The notes under the pieces: generated by a model
Database searches by the model: none
Told to the model about the DNA's origin: nothing
Seen by the model: the letters and a program-made list of their open reading frames with translations, nothing else
Program-made: the position numbers and the translations under genes
Shown: piece by piece, positions 51,560-63,553 of the stretch
Numbering within the stretch: position 1 is the stretch's first letter
Layout: the number at the start of each line of letters is the position of its first letter
Source of the DNA: Octopus bimaculoides
Taxonomy: Eukaryota
Reading direction: 5' to 3'
DNA: 64,000 bases
NCBI RefSeq assembly: GCF_001194135.2
Contig: NC_068983.1
Span: 36,818,439 to 36,882,438 of the forward strand

Positions 51560-51560
<1 letters not shown>
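50099..51560 (+). mobile_element. Non-autonomous Helitron-like element (two tandem 5' modules)
   Basis: TC starts tcttactataatgggcgtta at 50099 and 50403; 3' catcgtagatg hairpin followed by CTAG at 51557-51560, flanked by (TA)n. Confidence 0.6.
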
Positions 51561-51614
<54 letters not shown>

Positions 51615-51663
51615 AGCAAATCTACCCATCTACTCATCAAATATCTCACCCTGAGATATTTGA
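51540..51663. repeat. Two adjacent fold-back palindromes
   Basis: 21-bp arms (1 mismatch) around (TA)26 at 51540-51633; perfect 12-bp arms tcaaatatctca/tgagatatttga with ccc loop at 51637-51663. Confidence 0.92.
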
Positions 51664-51942
51664 ACCTTCATGAGAAACATGGTATATGTACCATCATGAC
51701 GATCTTGAAGATTCTCTTTCGTAGACTATGTTTAGGACTCATGGAGATAAATGCTTTGTACACATGCTTTGAAGAGCACAGCACCAGCATTATTGTCTTT
51801 GTAATATTTGACTGCCAGATGTCTTAGTGATCGTAACAGGTTCTCCAAACCAGCTCCTTGTACGTCAGAATGGTCTTCTTACTGTCATCTACATAAACCT
51901 AAGGTATTTCAAGTCACTGACCACATTGAGCTGTGTACCATT
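51652..51942 (-). pseudogene. RTE-type LINE reverse-transcriptase C-terminal fragment
   Basis: NGTQLNVVSDLKYL..., DIWQSNITK..., VLFKACVQSIYLHES*T..LQDRHDGTYTMFLMKVQ-IS; matches the V..FKYLG / ES.LLYGSETW / LDGTY pattern. Confidence 0.8.
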
Positions 51943-52704
51943 CTAAAAACGAGCATAAAATTGTAGATTTTTGAAGCTAGGGTGGATGGGAGAGCATAAT
52001 TCCTCTGTAATACTATGGAAGTAGAATAATTAAATACTTTAGGGGGACAGTTGGTTTGTTCCCGTTACAGATTTCGTTACATAAGTACTACAAGTATTTC
52101 TGGAAGAGTAAAGACTTTCTGATGACGGCTGCGACGTTTGACTTGCTACTTGGTTTCTTAATCCTTTCAGGCATTTTAAAACCTTTTTCGTGGTAAATGG
52201 ACCAGTCGCAATCGGCTACCTGTTAGTTTGTGGATGAAGAAAGGTCGTTGTCAAGATTAGTGTTGCGAAACCAGACATCTAGACGCTAGTCCATGGTTTC
52301 CTTACTGTATGGATCACTGGGAAAACTCTCTCAGTGATCTATACAGGCACAAACGCACTCACACATGTATAAAGAACGACAGAGAGAGAGAGAGAGAGAG
52401 AGGTAGGTAGGGTAAGAAGAGGGGAGGTAAGAGAATACTAAGATCAAATATACACATCACATGCATTCCGTCAGAACTACAAGAATCACTTCAACATGTT
52501 TGTCGCAATACATCTGGAAATTCAAAAATAGAAGACCTAACAAAACTTCAATGAAATTTAATCATGCCATTGTAAATGAGACACATTGCTACATAAGATG
52601 TGGCACTTAGGGAAAGGTACCACATCTTAATAACAACAGATATTTATTCCTCTATAGAGAAGAAATCAGGCATAAGACGCATAACCTCTCCTTCTGAAAA
52701 GAAA

Positions 52705-52742
<38 letters not shown>

Positions 52743-52949
52743 AGATTTCCATGCTGAAAATTTGAAATCTAAACAGAGTAAAAAAGCCTATCAAAATCAA
52801 CTTTTTCTATCTGGAGTTATCTTTCCTTGGTTCCAAACTTGCCTTGAACAAATGATGTAGACTAATTTTTCTTTGCGAGGAAAAGACACACACATAGACG
52901 CACACATAGACACACAAAACACACACACACACACACACATACAAAAATA

Positions 52950-53125
52950 CGTACATACATGCACGACGAACTTCATTCAGTTTCCGCTTTCTAAATCCAC
53001 TCACGTGACTTTGGTTGGCCTGTGGCTATAACAGAAGACACCTGTCCAAGGTGACACGCAACAGGATTGAACACGGAACCAAGTGGTTGGGAAGCAAAAC
53101 TTCTTACCATACAGCCACGCCTACA
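52950..53125 (-). mobile_element. SINE family A, 5' half
   Basis: gggaagcaaaacttcttaccatacagccacgcc head (reverse complement). Confidence 0.8.
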
Positions 53126-54459
53126 CCTTCAGTCATGCAGCTGCCATCATGCTGCACCACCACCGTGAATTTGTACCCTTTCCACAGCACTCTTCCTATG
53201 TACGTGCGCACGCGTATGTGCGTGTGTGTGTGTGTGTGTGTGTATGATGTTTATATTCGTGTATACACTCACACACAAATAAATGTATGACTATATTAAA
53301 ATATAAAAGTAAATATGTATACTTAATATTTATATACAACAGACGCACATATGTATGTATGTATGTATGTGTATGTATGTATGTATGTATGTATGTATGT
53401 ATGTGTATGTATGTATATGTAAGTACACACACATACCCACATACACACACAATGCACACACATGTGTACGTATGTAATGACTCCGTAAGCAGCTGTACTC
53501 CGCTTTACGAAGTCATCACACTCTAGTAGTTTAATAATCAGTGTCTATGGGGAGTGTAATACCTATTGTGAGTAAGCAGTCAGAAACGTGGTGAGCGTTA
53601 GACATATGACTGATCGTCGACAAACCTCATTACAGTGAAGATGTAGCCGTAATACGCGAGGAGTGTTAGCTCTCTAAACGTTAATGACGAAATAAGTACC
53701 TTGATAGTTCATCAACTTTGATACACGTCTCGTATTTCCAAAACGGTGTGATTCGCAGCTGGCTTGATATGATGTCAGCCAACAAACCGAAGTGGGTAGA
53801 CGAGTTGTTTGTCCTGGCCGCGACATTTGACTTTACGGTGTCTCTTTTCACTCTTGACTACCGAGCTGTGAATTAGTATCGCGTAGATGGGCAATTTTCG
53901 TTTGTAAGTAGCGGGTGTGTTGTGCAGTTTAACGAGCGTTTCATGTTTATATGATGCTGAGCTCAAACTACTGCTTCCGGTTAATTGTATATAACAAAGT
54001 ATCCATCGGTGTGCAGATGTTGAGTTCATCGGGTATCGAGTGATCAGCAGTTCGAAACTTGGCACTGTCATATCGTGGTATATATTTCCCAGACGATTTT
54101 TCTCAACGGTTGAGTTCACCTACCTTTAAGTTATTGTTGTTTAGCCTCAGGTTAATCTCGATCCAGCAAACCTTTTATCAAATGTGTTTCAGCTATGATC
54201 ATCGTTTCATTAATCAGACATTGTTAATCCAACGTGTCCTTCATATTTATGATGTGATCTGCAGTAGGTTTTACTGCTAATTCTAACACACCGTAAGACT
54301 GCGTTCTGTAAAGGTGGGAAACCTCTTTTTAGTACCAAGAGTGAACTACAAATTCCTAAAAGCATGTAGAAGGTGTCTCTGATCTGAGAAAAATAATGAA
54401 TCGTTAATTTAAAAAAGATTCACCGGTCGGTGACGTCTCTTGATCTTTTCGTCTTTTAC

Positions 54460-54650
54460 TTGTTTCAGTCATTAGAGTGCGGCCATGCTGGGGCATCGTC
54501 TTCGAGGATTTAGAGGAATAGATCGAAAACAGTACTTACTTTTTAAACCTGGTATTTATTCACTCGGCTTCTTTAGACGAACTGCTAAGTTACAGAGACG
54601 TAAACAAACCAGCACAGTTGTCGAGCGATGGTGGGGGACAGACATACTCA
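54460..54650 (-). mobile_element. SINE family A, 3' half (runs into microsatellite and gap)
   Basis: gtttcagtcattagagtgcggccatgctggggca...gaactgctaagttac. Confidence 0.8.
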
Positions 54651-54669
54651 CATTAATATATACATATAT

Positions 54670-54715
<46 letters not shown>

Positions 54716-54980
54716 NNNNNNNNNNNNNNNNNNNNNNNNNNNNNNNNNNNNNNNNNNNNNNNNNNNNNNNNNNNNNNNNNNNNNNNNNNNNNNNNNNNNN
54801 NNNNNNNNNNNNNNNNNNNNNNNNNNNNNNNNNNNNNNNNNNNNNNNNNNNNNNNNNNNNNNNNNNNNNNNNNNNNNNNNNNNNNNNNNNNNNNNNNNNN
54901 NNNNNNNNNNNNNNNNNNNNNNNNNNNNNNNNNNNNNNNNNNNNNNNNNNNNNNNNNNNNNNNNNNNNNNNNNNNNNNNN

Positions 54981-55047
<67 letters not shown>

Positions 55048-55139
55048 ATGCGCTCGCGCGTACATGCGTGCAGATCTGTAGTGAGACTAAATAATCATCT
55101 GAGACGGCATAGACAGAATGTCAGAAATGCTACTGACGA

Positions 55140-56480
55140 CGAAAATTGGCTCAGGACTTGGCTGGTACTTTATTTATCAACCCTGGAATCACAAAACGCA
55201 AATTTGACCTCAGCTGGATTTGAGCTTAGAACGACAAATGTCAGAACAAATACTTCAAGATATTTTATCCAATGCACAAACGATTCTACCAGACACAAGG
55301 TCAAACATTTTATGAGAAGTTATGGTCGATTAAACTGATCTCAGTGCTTAGTTACAAGGCTTCAGAAAGGAACCCTATCAGGGAGTACACTTCAGAAAAG
55401 AATCATATCAGGGGGTACAAAGTATCTCTCGGGCCCAAATTCCTATTGTGGACTTTAATCTTTTATATATGCAAATAATTTCTGAAACCTAAGAATGCTT
55501 TCGGACCCGGATATGACACACCTTTTGCACCTCCTCTGATAAGCCTTGATTGGTTGGTATTTATTTTAGTGACTTCGAGGTATGAATGAAAGGTCAGGCA
55601 GGATTTGATCTCAGTCGGCCCTGATGGGATTTGAACTTAGAAAGTAAAAAAAAAGAAGAAACCCTAAGTAGATATCGATGTCAAGTTTTGGCACAAGGTC
55701 AGCAAGTTTGGGGTTGGGGATAAATCAATTACATCGACCCCAGTACTTAACTGGTATTTATTTTGTCGGTCCCGGAAAGAAGAAAGACAAAGTTGACTTC
55801 GGCAGAATTTGAATTCAGAACATAAAGACGAACGAAATGCCGCTAAGCATTTTACCAGAGGCGGTAACGATCCTGACAGCTCGCCACCTTAACTTAAATA
55901 AATATCACAAGATATTTTATCCGTTGCTCTACTGATTCCACAATTCAACCACCATTTTATCTCATGATCCGGTGTAGGGCCTCTATCGGTCTAATTTGAG
56001 GATGCATTTGTTCATGTATGTATAGGTCTAGGTAAGTTGCTTTGAGGCAGTTGTCCACGCACGCCAGCGACATTTATCCAAGGGAAAGGCCGCCATCTTG
56101 GGTGTTTACAGAGTAGAACCACTGTCATAGCAGGGGTTGCTTTAAACACAAAGGAGCGAATCAGCTACCGCAAGGCATCTCATTACTTGAAGACAAATCA
56201 GCACAACGTTTGGATTTGTTCCCTTAAAACAGGAGACACTACTTTTTAAATTTAATTTTCTGTGAAGTTTTTGTCGCTTCCTCTCCTTCATCTCTTCTGT
56301 TTCCGCCTCTTCTGTTTCCGTCCCACTAAAATTCTGCCAAGCTACCGCCTGGATTGGTCCTTTTTTATTGATCACAAAAGGAAGAAAGACAAAGTTGATC
56401 CGAGCGGAATTTGAACTCAGTTCGCAGAGTATCAAAACAAATACCGCGAGGTAATATCTCCAACGACACTGCCAAGTTGC
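55140..56480 (-). mobile_element. Several decayed SINE B copies (55140-55300, 55540-55890, 56320-56480)
   Basis: Recurrent aaagttgacttcggcagaatttgaattcagaac-type motifs. Confidence 0.7.
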
Positions 56481-57254
56481 CGTCTCGTGACATGATAGAC
56501 ATCTCCCGGACTAATTTTATAAACAAAATCAACTGGTTAATCTTTAGTGATCACAAACATCCATGAACGGGTAATGAACCCTATCAACTTCCACGTATGT
56601 GGAATCAAATTACAACGTTCTTGACTTTGTAAAGGACATTAGCGGAATCTGAGATGTATGGAAGTATCTACAACTGAGAATTGAACACAAGTTGTTTACC
56701 ACCACCAGTAATCTTAACACCACGGCTACTGCGGTGCTTCTTATACAAGTACTATTTCTAATGTTTGTGTAATAGGAGTGAAAGCCACGTCAAGGTCATT
56801 AACCTGTGGGTAAGAGGGTCGTTTCGCTGGCATTAGCGGGATGGAGAAGATGCGTGAGGCTGGTGCGGGCTAAAGTACTTATTGAAAGTTGAAAGGTCAA
56901 TGTATTGCTGGAGGACTACATGCGGAAGCGGGTTGGCAGCTTGAAATGAATGGTTGACTTTCAAATCAGAGAAATGTTGAGTAATGTTTGTTATTAGTGT
57001 TTTGTGTGGGGTGCGTACCTAGAGATTAGATAATAATATTTATAATCAGAAATAGGAAAACAAGTGAAATAAGCCGGTTCAAGTGGAAGTAGATGCGAGC
57101 ATTAAATTCTAAGTAGACGTCATTACCATTTAACTCCAGATCAACTCTTATCAAGCAGACCGATGATCAAAAAGCATTCCAGATATGACACTCCCGTCAT
57201 TTTTGTTATTTTGCTTTTGTTTTCATATTTGATATCTCTAGAATGTGAAGGCGT

Positions 57255-57555
57255 ATGACTTAGTAGTATTCCACTCACAATCGCAAGGTCATGAGTTCGA
57301 TTCTCGGCGGCGCCTGGTGTCCTTGAGCAAGATATTTTATTTCACATTGCCCCAGTCCACTCAGCTCTCAAAAATGAAAGTACTTGTATTTCAGAGGGTC
57401 TGCTTTGTCACATAACGTGTCATACTGAATCTCCCTGAGAACTATGTAAGAGGTACGCGTGTTTGGAGTTTTCAGCCACTTGCTCGTTAATTTCACGAGC
57501 ATGCTGTTCCATTGATCGGATCAATACTCGTCGTCGTAACCGACGGAGTGCCAAT
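57255..57555 (+). mobile_element. tRNA-headed SINE, family C
   Basis: gtcatgagttcgattc B-box, tgtccttgagcaagat core, ttgatcggatcaa...cgtcgtaaccgacggagtgcc tail. Confidence 0.85.
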
Positions 57556-57724
57556 TGTTTGTTGTATATGTAGAATCACATTATCTTGTGTGTCCTTTAT
57601 TTTTAGGAGGTGAGTTGTAATTTTAGGGATACGCGACTACTATTTCTATCAGATCAAGCGATAACACAGAAACTCCGTTTGGTTTCATTCTAGTAAACAC
57701 TAATTAATACAGAGTAAAACAATG

Positions 57725-57765
57725 CTTCGTTGATGTGGTCTATTAAGGCCGAAACATGTCCTAAG
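57725..57765 (+). ncRNA. Decayed minimal hammerhead motif
   Basis: cttcg TTGATGT ggtct atta aggcc GAAA CATG TC ctaag: two core substitutions; stem II, palindromic stem III and GUC site retained. Confidence 0.55.
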
Positions 57766-57834
57766 TTGTAACAGTAATTACCAAAAATCAGACTCACTCT
57801 CTACTGCATGACCACCATTTAAAATTAATTTCTA

Positions 57835-58300
57835 AGGTGACGAGCAAGCAGAATCGTTAGCACACCGTGCAACATGCCGAGTCGGATTTTGTCTGTATTT
57901 ACGTCCCGAGTTAAACTTCGGCAGGGGTCAGCTTTGTGTGTTATTCTTTTGGATCGATTAAATAAGTAACAGTTGATCACTGGGGTCGATGTAATCGACA
58001 TAGCCCTTTCCCCTGAAATTGCTGGTCTTGTGACAGAATGTGAAACCAATATTAATTTCAGTTTTTAAGGCGGCAAACTGCCAGAATCGTTAGTGTGCCG
58101 GACAAAATGCAAAATGCTTAACGGCATTTCGTCCGTCTTTACGTTCTGAGTTCAATTCCCGACGGGGTTGACTACATGTTTTATCTTTATCAGGGTGGAT
58201 AAAAGAAGTACCAGTTGAACTCTGCAATTGGTGTAATCGACTTATCTCATCCCCTGACATTGCTGGCCTTGTGCTAAAATTTGAAATCAACATTAATTTC
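57835..58300 (+). mobile_element. SINE family B, two tandem copies
   Basis: Heads at about 57835 and 58068. Confidence 0.8.
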
Positions 58301-59208
58301 AGTTTCAAAGGGGAAAAAAGGATGAGAAAAAGAAAGAGTGACAGAAAAGACGGAAAGAGACAAAAGAAAATAGGGAAGGTGGGCCTTCTCATAGTCCATC
58401 TTGACGTATGAATGGTAGATTTTATTGGATAATAACAGAGCGTGTACGAGTTAATAAACCCTGGTTTAGATTCTCAAGAAGACTTTACTTGCCGCAATGT
58501 ACGCAAGCATACACAGAACACTCGTTAGTCATATAGTACACCCACTACTTGAAGTTGCGAGGTCGTGGTAAGTTATACTGGGTCTCTGCTGTTAAGTGTC
58601 TTTGTTATGGACAGTGCACCACACCAGAGATACATTAAGGTCTATTGATCTTCGGTTGGTAGTTTGACACTCGAGCAACTCAGCCGACTGTATCTCTCAT
58701 TAGGCTTTCGATAAGGTAAAAATTATCGATTCGGTTAATTGCTCTCTTTTTTTGCTGTAGTCAAGGAGAGAGAGAGAGGGCTGTTACACTTTATAGAGAG
58801 CCAACAGCTGTTCAGAGCTAAAATGTACTTCTTCCTATGTAATTCTATCATACGCGTCACCTAGATGTAGCTGTTTGTATACAGATATGTTGCTGCTAAA
58901 GTTGTTGTCGTTTTGCCCCCTGTAAGCTTCGATTGAGCAGATGTAGTACGGTCATCAAAAGCGTTCCAACCATGACTACCCAGTTTTTTAAAAGTACATG
59001 TAAAATTATATCATTCATATGCCATTTCCTTTCGAATAAGATATGATTTGAGAGATATTTAGCTGTTGTTCCTAATAGAATGAACGACTATGTAGAGGCT
59101 GCCCTTGTTTTCACCTAAATTTTTCTAGAGAAAGACTTATATCGTGTGCTGGGAACGACTTATCCTACATTCAATGCTGTCAAGCTATAACTAAGTTCTA
59201 ATGCATAT

Positions 59209-59767
59209 AGAACTTTCGGTAATTTTTTAGAGTAGCACCCACACGGTTTTTACTAAGAAAAAAAAAACTCGGATTTTCTGCGTGGAATCAAGTACCCTGA
59301 CCTCCTAATATGCTGCAAATCCCTTAAGTCTTGGAAATTTCACCCACCCCACCCCCATTGATCTTTGCAGGGTTAGGGTTTTAGGGTTAGGGTTAGGGAA
59401 TTTGTTTTGCTTAGTGAAAATCATGCTGGCGAAAAGATCAATGGGAGTGGGGGTGGGTGAAATTTCCGAGGTTTCCACCTCACCCCACTCCGTTTTTCGA
59501 ACCCCAAAAAGGGTTTTGTAGCATATTAGGATGTCACAAGAATTCATTCAACGAAAAACAAAAACAAAAATTCCGATCATTCTGGGACGGGGGGAGGGTC
59601 TCCCCACCACCTTTGTCCCCACTTTTTCCGAACCAAAATAAGGGATTTGCAGCATATTAGGTCAAGGTATTTGATTCCACGCAAAAAATTCAAGTTTTCT
59701 TTTTTTGTTTTTTTTTTTTCTTAGTGAAAATCGTGCGGGCGTTACTCTGAAAAATTACCGAACTTTC
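59209..59767. mobile_element. Foldback element with ~120-bp TIRs, inner ~35-bp IR and TTAGGG core
   Basis: About 59209-59326 matches the reverse complement of about 59639-59767; 59331-59366 matches the reverse complement of 59433-59470; gggttagggttttagggttagggttaggg at 59370-59398. Confidence 0.88.
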
Positions 59768-60864
59768 AGGTGTACATCTTGGAACTATTGTATTTTTAAA
59801 GAGAAAACCAGGGCCCTTTGATTAATTTTGACCACGTCTTGAATATGAAGGTCCCATATTTACTGGACGTTGTGAACCTTAAGATTGTTTGTGAGTGGAA
59901 TAATTTTAATTGGTGAATATTTGATAAAATGCAAGAGGTGAAAAGTTGTTTTGTTTCTTAATACTAAGCAATGTTCGTGTTTTTTATCTAAGAACTTCAT
60001 TGAATATAAAGTTCTAATTCGTTGCTTAGAGGTTATGGGCCTGCTAATCGAAGCATGGGCGGTTTGGATCATGTATAGATTAATAAGTGAAATATATCAT
60101 CAAAGAAGAGGAAAATGCTACACAAGCCATGACAAATAGAAACAAAGTAGAAGAGAAAACGAGAAAGAAAAAATTATGTTTAGAACAAGAAAGAGGTGAT
60201 AAGTAAAGCAAGTCATTGTTAATGTCGACTATACCTCTGATGTCGAATACTTCCAGATGATTATTGTTCCTTGATTTATGCTATGGAAAACTCCACGTTT
60301 ATGAACTGTAAAGGGGTAACAATCTAACAAATAAAATGGAGCCCTGTATCTGCGATGAAGGAAATGTAAATCCTGATTCACTATCAACTCATCCCGACTC
60401 AAATACAATGAATATAAAGTTTCGAAACAGCTTTATTTCACAAGCAAACGGCTATTAACAGAGCTGTAGCAGAAAAGTTTAAAAGTTTTGTTCAATTCTA
60501 ATTTCTCTGGTTGATTATGAACTCAAGAATAGATTTCTGAATAGAAAACTCCGAAATAATCACCGAGAAAACTGACTCAATATGGTGGATTTATTTACAA
60601 AAGATTTATAAAATATCCAAAATAAATTGTATGTATTCACAACTGGATTTAGAAATTTACAAAATTTGAAATCATATGTTTCCGAATAAAGACAAAAGCA
60701 AGGTTTGCATTGAAAGCAAACTACAGCTTCATTGAATCAATGGAAAAAAAAAAGGAGGCATCTCATACCACTTAAACCTTAACCTCGACACGGGTCCTCT
60801 GAATGGATCTTCAAATGCGACCACTCACGTCCACTGCTATATGACACGTGATTGTGAACAAAGA

Positions 60865-61180
60865 CGCACGGCTTATTGGTTAAGGTATTCGTATCACGAT
60901 CATAGAGTCGTGAATTCGATTTCTAGCGGCTTCTTGCGTCCTTGAGCAAGACACTTTATTTCACGTTGCTCCACTCAGCTGGCAAAAATTAGTTATACTC
61001 GTTATTCGAAGGGCCAGCCTTGTCACATTCTTTGTCACACTGAATCTCCCTGAGAACTGCGTTAAGGATACGTGCATCTGTGGAGTGTGCAGCCACTTGC
61101 ATGTTAATCTCACGAGTGTGCTGTTCCGTTGATCGGATCAACTGAAACGCTCATCGTCATAACCGACGGAGTTCCAGTTG
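60865..61180 (+). mobile_element. SINE family C, full length
   Basis: gcacggcttattggttaagg head through aaccgacggagt tail. Confidence 0.85.
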
Positions 61181-61914
61181 GTTAACTCATCATTCTTAAC
61201 GAACAAAACATAAACTATTTCAATACTAACTAATAGTTCTGAGAGAATATTTTATTTCTGGTGTGTGTGCTTTAATTTAATAATGATTAATTTAATATAA
61301 CTTCATAAAATTTTTTTTTAATATTGATCCTAAGCTAAGGGTGCAAAATGTCATGATGCTTTCAACTCTGCACTTTCAAGACAAAGATGTGTAAATAGTT
61401 GACAATGAGTAAAACCGAATATCTCGAGATTTTTTTTTTTTAAAGAAACTAAGAAAATATAAAAAACTGAAATGGAAATTATCCCGAACTTACCCCAAAA
61501 TGTGAACGTTTGAGCAACTACTTTAAGTTCATAGCAGCAAAATTGAGTATCCTTCATTCTTTATTAAACGTTTCGATTTTATCATTTAACTAACAGACTG
61601 CAAATATTGATCATTAGTTACATATAAACAAATATATGTTGCTTTAATTATTATTTATTTACTCGCTTGAAAAAATATATTCTTTGCATGTTTCTTTTTT
61701 CCTTGTGTAAGGTGACTGAATTAAGCCCATATTTTGGTAAAACGGTTTGACAGGAAACGCTATCTTTAATTCAAACAGAAATATCTAAGTTAAAGAAATT
61801 ATTGGTCTGGCGGTACATTTTTCTCCAAAAACTAATAGAAAGACATCATACGAAAGAATGATGACCCATGCAAAACACTTTTGAGTTGAATTAACAATGT
61901 AGCTAAAGTGCTAA

Positions 61915-62201
61915 GATTATTATTTCACAATCGTTGAATGCTATAATGAATGCTTTAAGGTATGGATGCTGCTATGAATGCAAATTTGAAGGCTCCCGTG
62001 ATGTTATTATTGTTTTAGAATGAGTGCTAATATAAATGAGGGTTTTTTTATTTTTTTATAGGTGATTGAGATATAACGGATGTTGCTATAAATGCTCCTA
62101 CGAATGCTAATATAAATGCTGTATTATGAATGCTATTCATAGTATAGCATTTATATTATGAATGCTGTTCATAAGATAGCGTTAATATCATGAACGCTAT
62201 T
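61915..62201. repeat. Degenerate ATGAATGCT(A) minisatellite
   Basis: About 10 recognisable units; resumes after the SINE at 62409. Confidence 0.75.
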
Positions 62202-62408
62202 AAGGCGGCGAGCGGGCAGAACCGATACGTTAGCGCGCCGGACAAAACACATAACGGCACATTCTAAGTTTAAATGCTGCCGAGGTCGACATTGCCTTTC
62301 ATCCTTTCGGGGTCGATAAATTAAGTATCAGTTGAGCACTGGGATTGATGTAATCGACTTACCTGTTCTCCCGAACTTTCTGGCCTTGTGCCGATGCTTG
62401 AAATTAAT
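62202..62408 (+). mobile_element. SINE family B with 17-bp TSD (2 mismatches)
   Basis: atatcatgaacgctatt at 62185-62201 and atattatgaatgctatt at 62409-62425. Confidence 0.8.
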
Positions 62409-62694
62409 ATATTATGAATGCTATTGAGGATGCCCTTACGAAGACGCATGGCCTAGTGGTTAGAGTGTTGCACTCACGAGATCGCGAGATCGTGGTTTCA
62501 ATACTCTTGAGCAAAATGCTTCATCTCACGTTGTCCCGCGATCACTTCGGTACCTGACGCGTGGAACACCGTACACCTGTTCAGGCAACGTCGATTTGAT
62601 GGAGAAATGAACAGCGCACACCATTTGATCACTATAAACGACAGGAGAGTCCTTCATTATTACGAATAGAAATTATCATTTTTAAAAAAAAGGA

Positions 62695-63010
62695 GCTCTC
62701 CGTCAGTTACGACGACGGGGGTCCCAGTTGATACGATCAACGGAACAGATTGTTCGTGAAATTATCGTGCAAGTAGCTAAGCACTTCACAGACACGCGTA
62801 CCCTTAACATAGTTCTCAGGGAGATTCAGCGTGACAGAGTGTGACAAGGCTGGCCCTTTGAAATACAGGTACTACTCATTTTTGACAGCTGAGTGGACCG
62901 GAGCAACGCGAAATAAAGTGTCTTGCTCAAGGACATAACTCATCGCTGGGAATTGAACTCACGACCTTACAATCGTGAGCCGAATGCCCTAACCACTAAG
63001 CCACACGCCT
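62695..63010 (-). mobile_element. SINE family C, full length
   Basis: Reverse complement of the 60865-61180 copy. Confidence 0.88.
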
Positions 63011-63232
63011 TCACAGAAATTATTATATATACTACACAAACAACTTTTNNNNNNNNNNTCACAGAAATTATTATATATACTACACAAACAACTTTTATTA
63101 AACCAAAAGAAATTTTTTAAATGCGATAAAATTTCCAAGGCACCTGCATCAAATAAAATAAATTCTTGTAATAAGGGAATATCTGCAACGGACTGAAGGT
63201 CTTTGAGGTAATTCAGTAAAACAACTCTAATC

Positions 63233-63467
63233 TATCCACCCATCCATAATCTTCACCCATTGTTCCTAGGAGGGGCTGGCAGTGGAGCCCTTAGGCATCT
63301 TCTCCATAGATCTTATCAGAAACAACCGTCACGAGACTTTCCGGCTGGGTTTTCAAGCGAACCGAGATAATGGTTATTATCCAGCCAGCTCGTTCTTGCT
63401 CTAACCATACGTCTCCGGCTCGACCCGGAAAGACTCTCTGATCTCCGATCTACGCACCTTGTCGAGT
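63233..63467 (-). mobile_element. 5'-truncated RTE-type LINE 3' end with 13-bp TSD
   Basis: aacaactctaatc at 63220-63232 and 63468-63480; LDKVRRSEIRESFRVEP.. and R.RTSWLDN..DLWRRCLRA; (TGGA)-like tail. Confidence 0.85.
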
Positions 63468-63553
63468 AACAACTCTAATCGAAAATCCACCAAAACCAAA
63501 ATGTATTTTGATAAAACTTTGTGCACATGTTCACGATAAACTTTCTTATAATA

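Noticed and set aside
52090-52195. FLMTAATFDLLL resembling a Harbinger transposase motif
   Set aside because: A single weak motif with no catalytic region nearby.
56084-56102. YY1-like GCCGCCATCTTG motif
   Set aside because: An isolated motif with no supporting promoter context.
56670-56735. tRNA-like sequence on the minus strand
   Set aside because: A decayed SINE head with no cloverleaf; no true tRNA or rRNA genes were found in the window.
60120-60750. Stop-interrupted, protein-like AT-rich stretch
   Set aside because: Could not be assigned to any family by eye; needs BLASTX.
63010-63096. Perfect ~38-bp direct repeat around a 10-N gap (similar case at about 5930-6010)
   Set aside because: Typical unmerged contig overlap, not biology.
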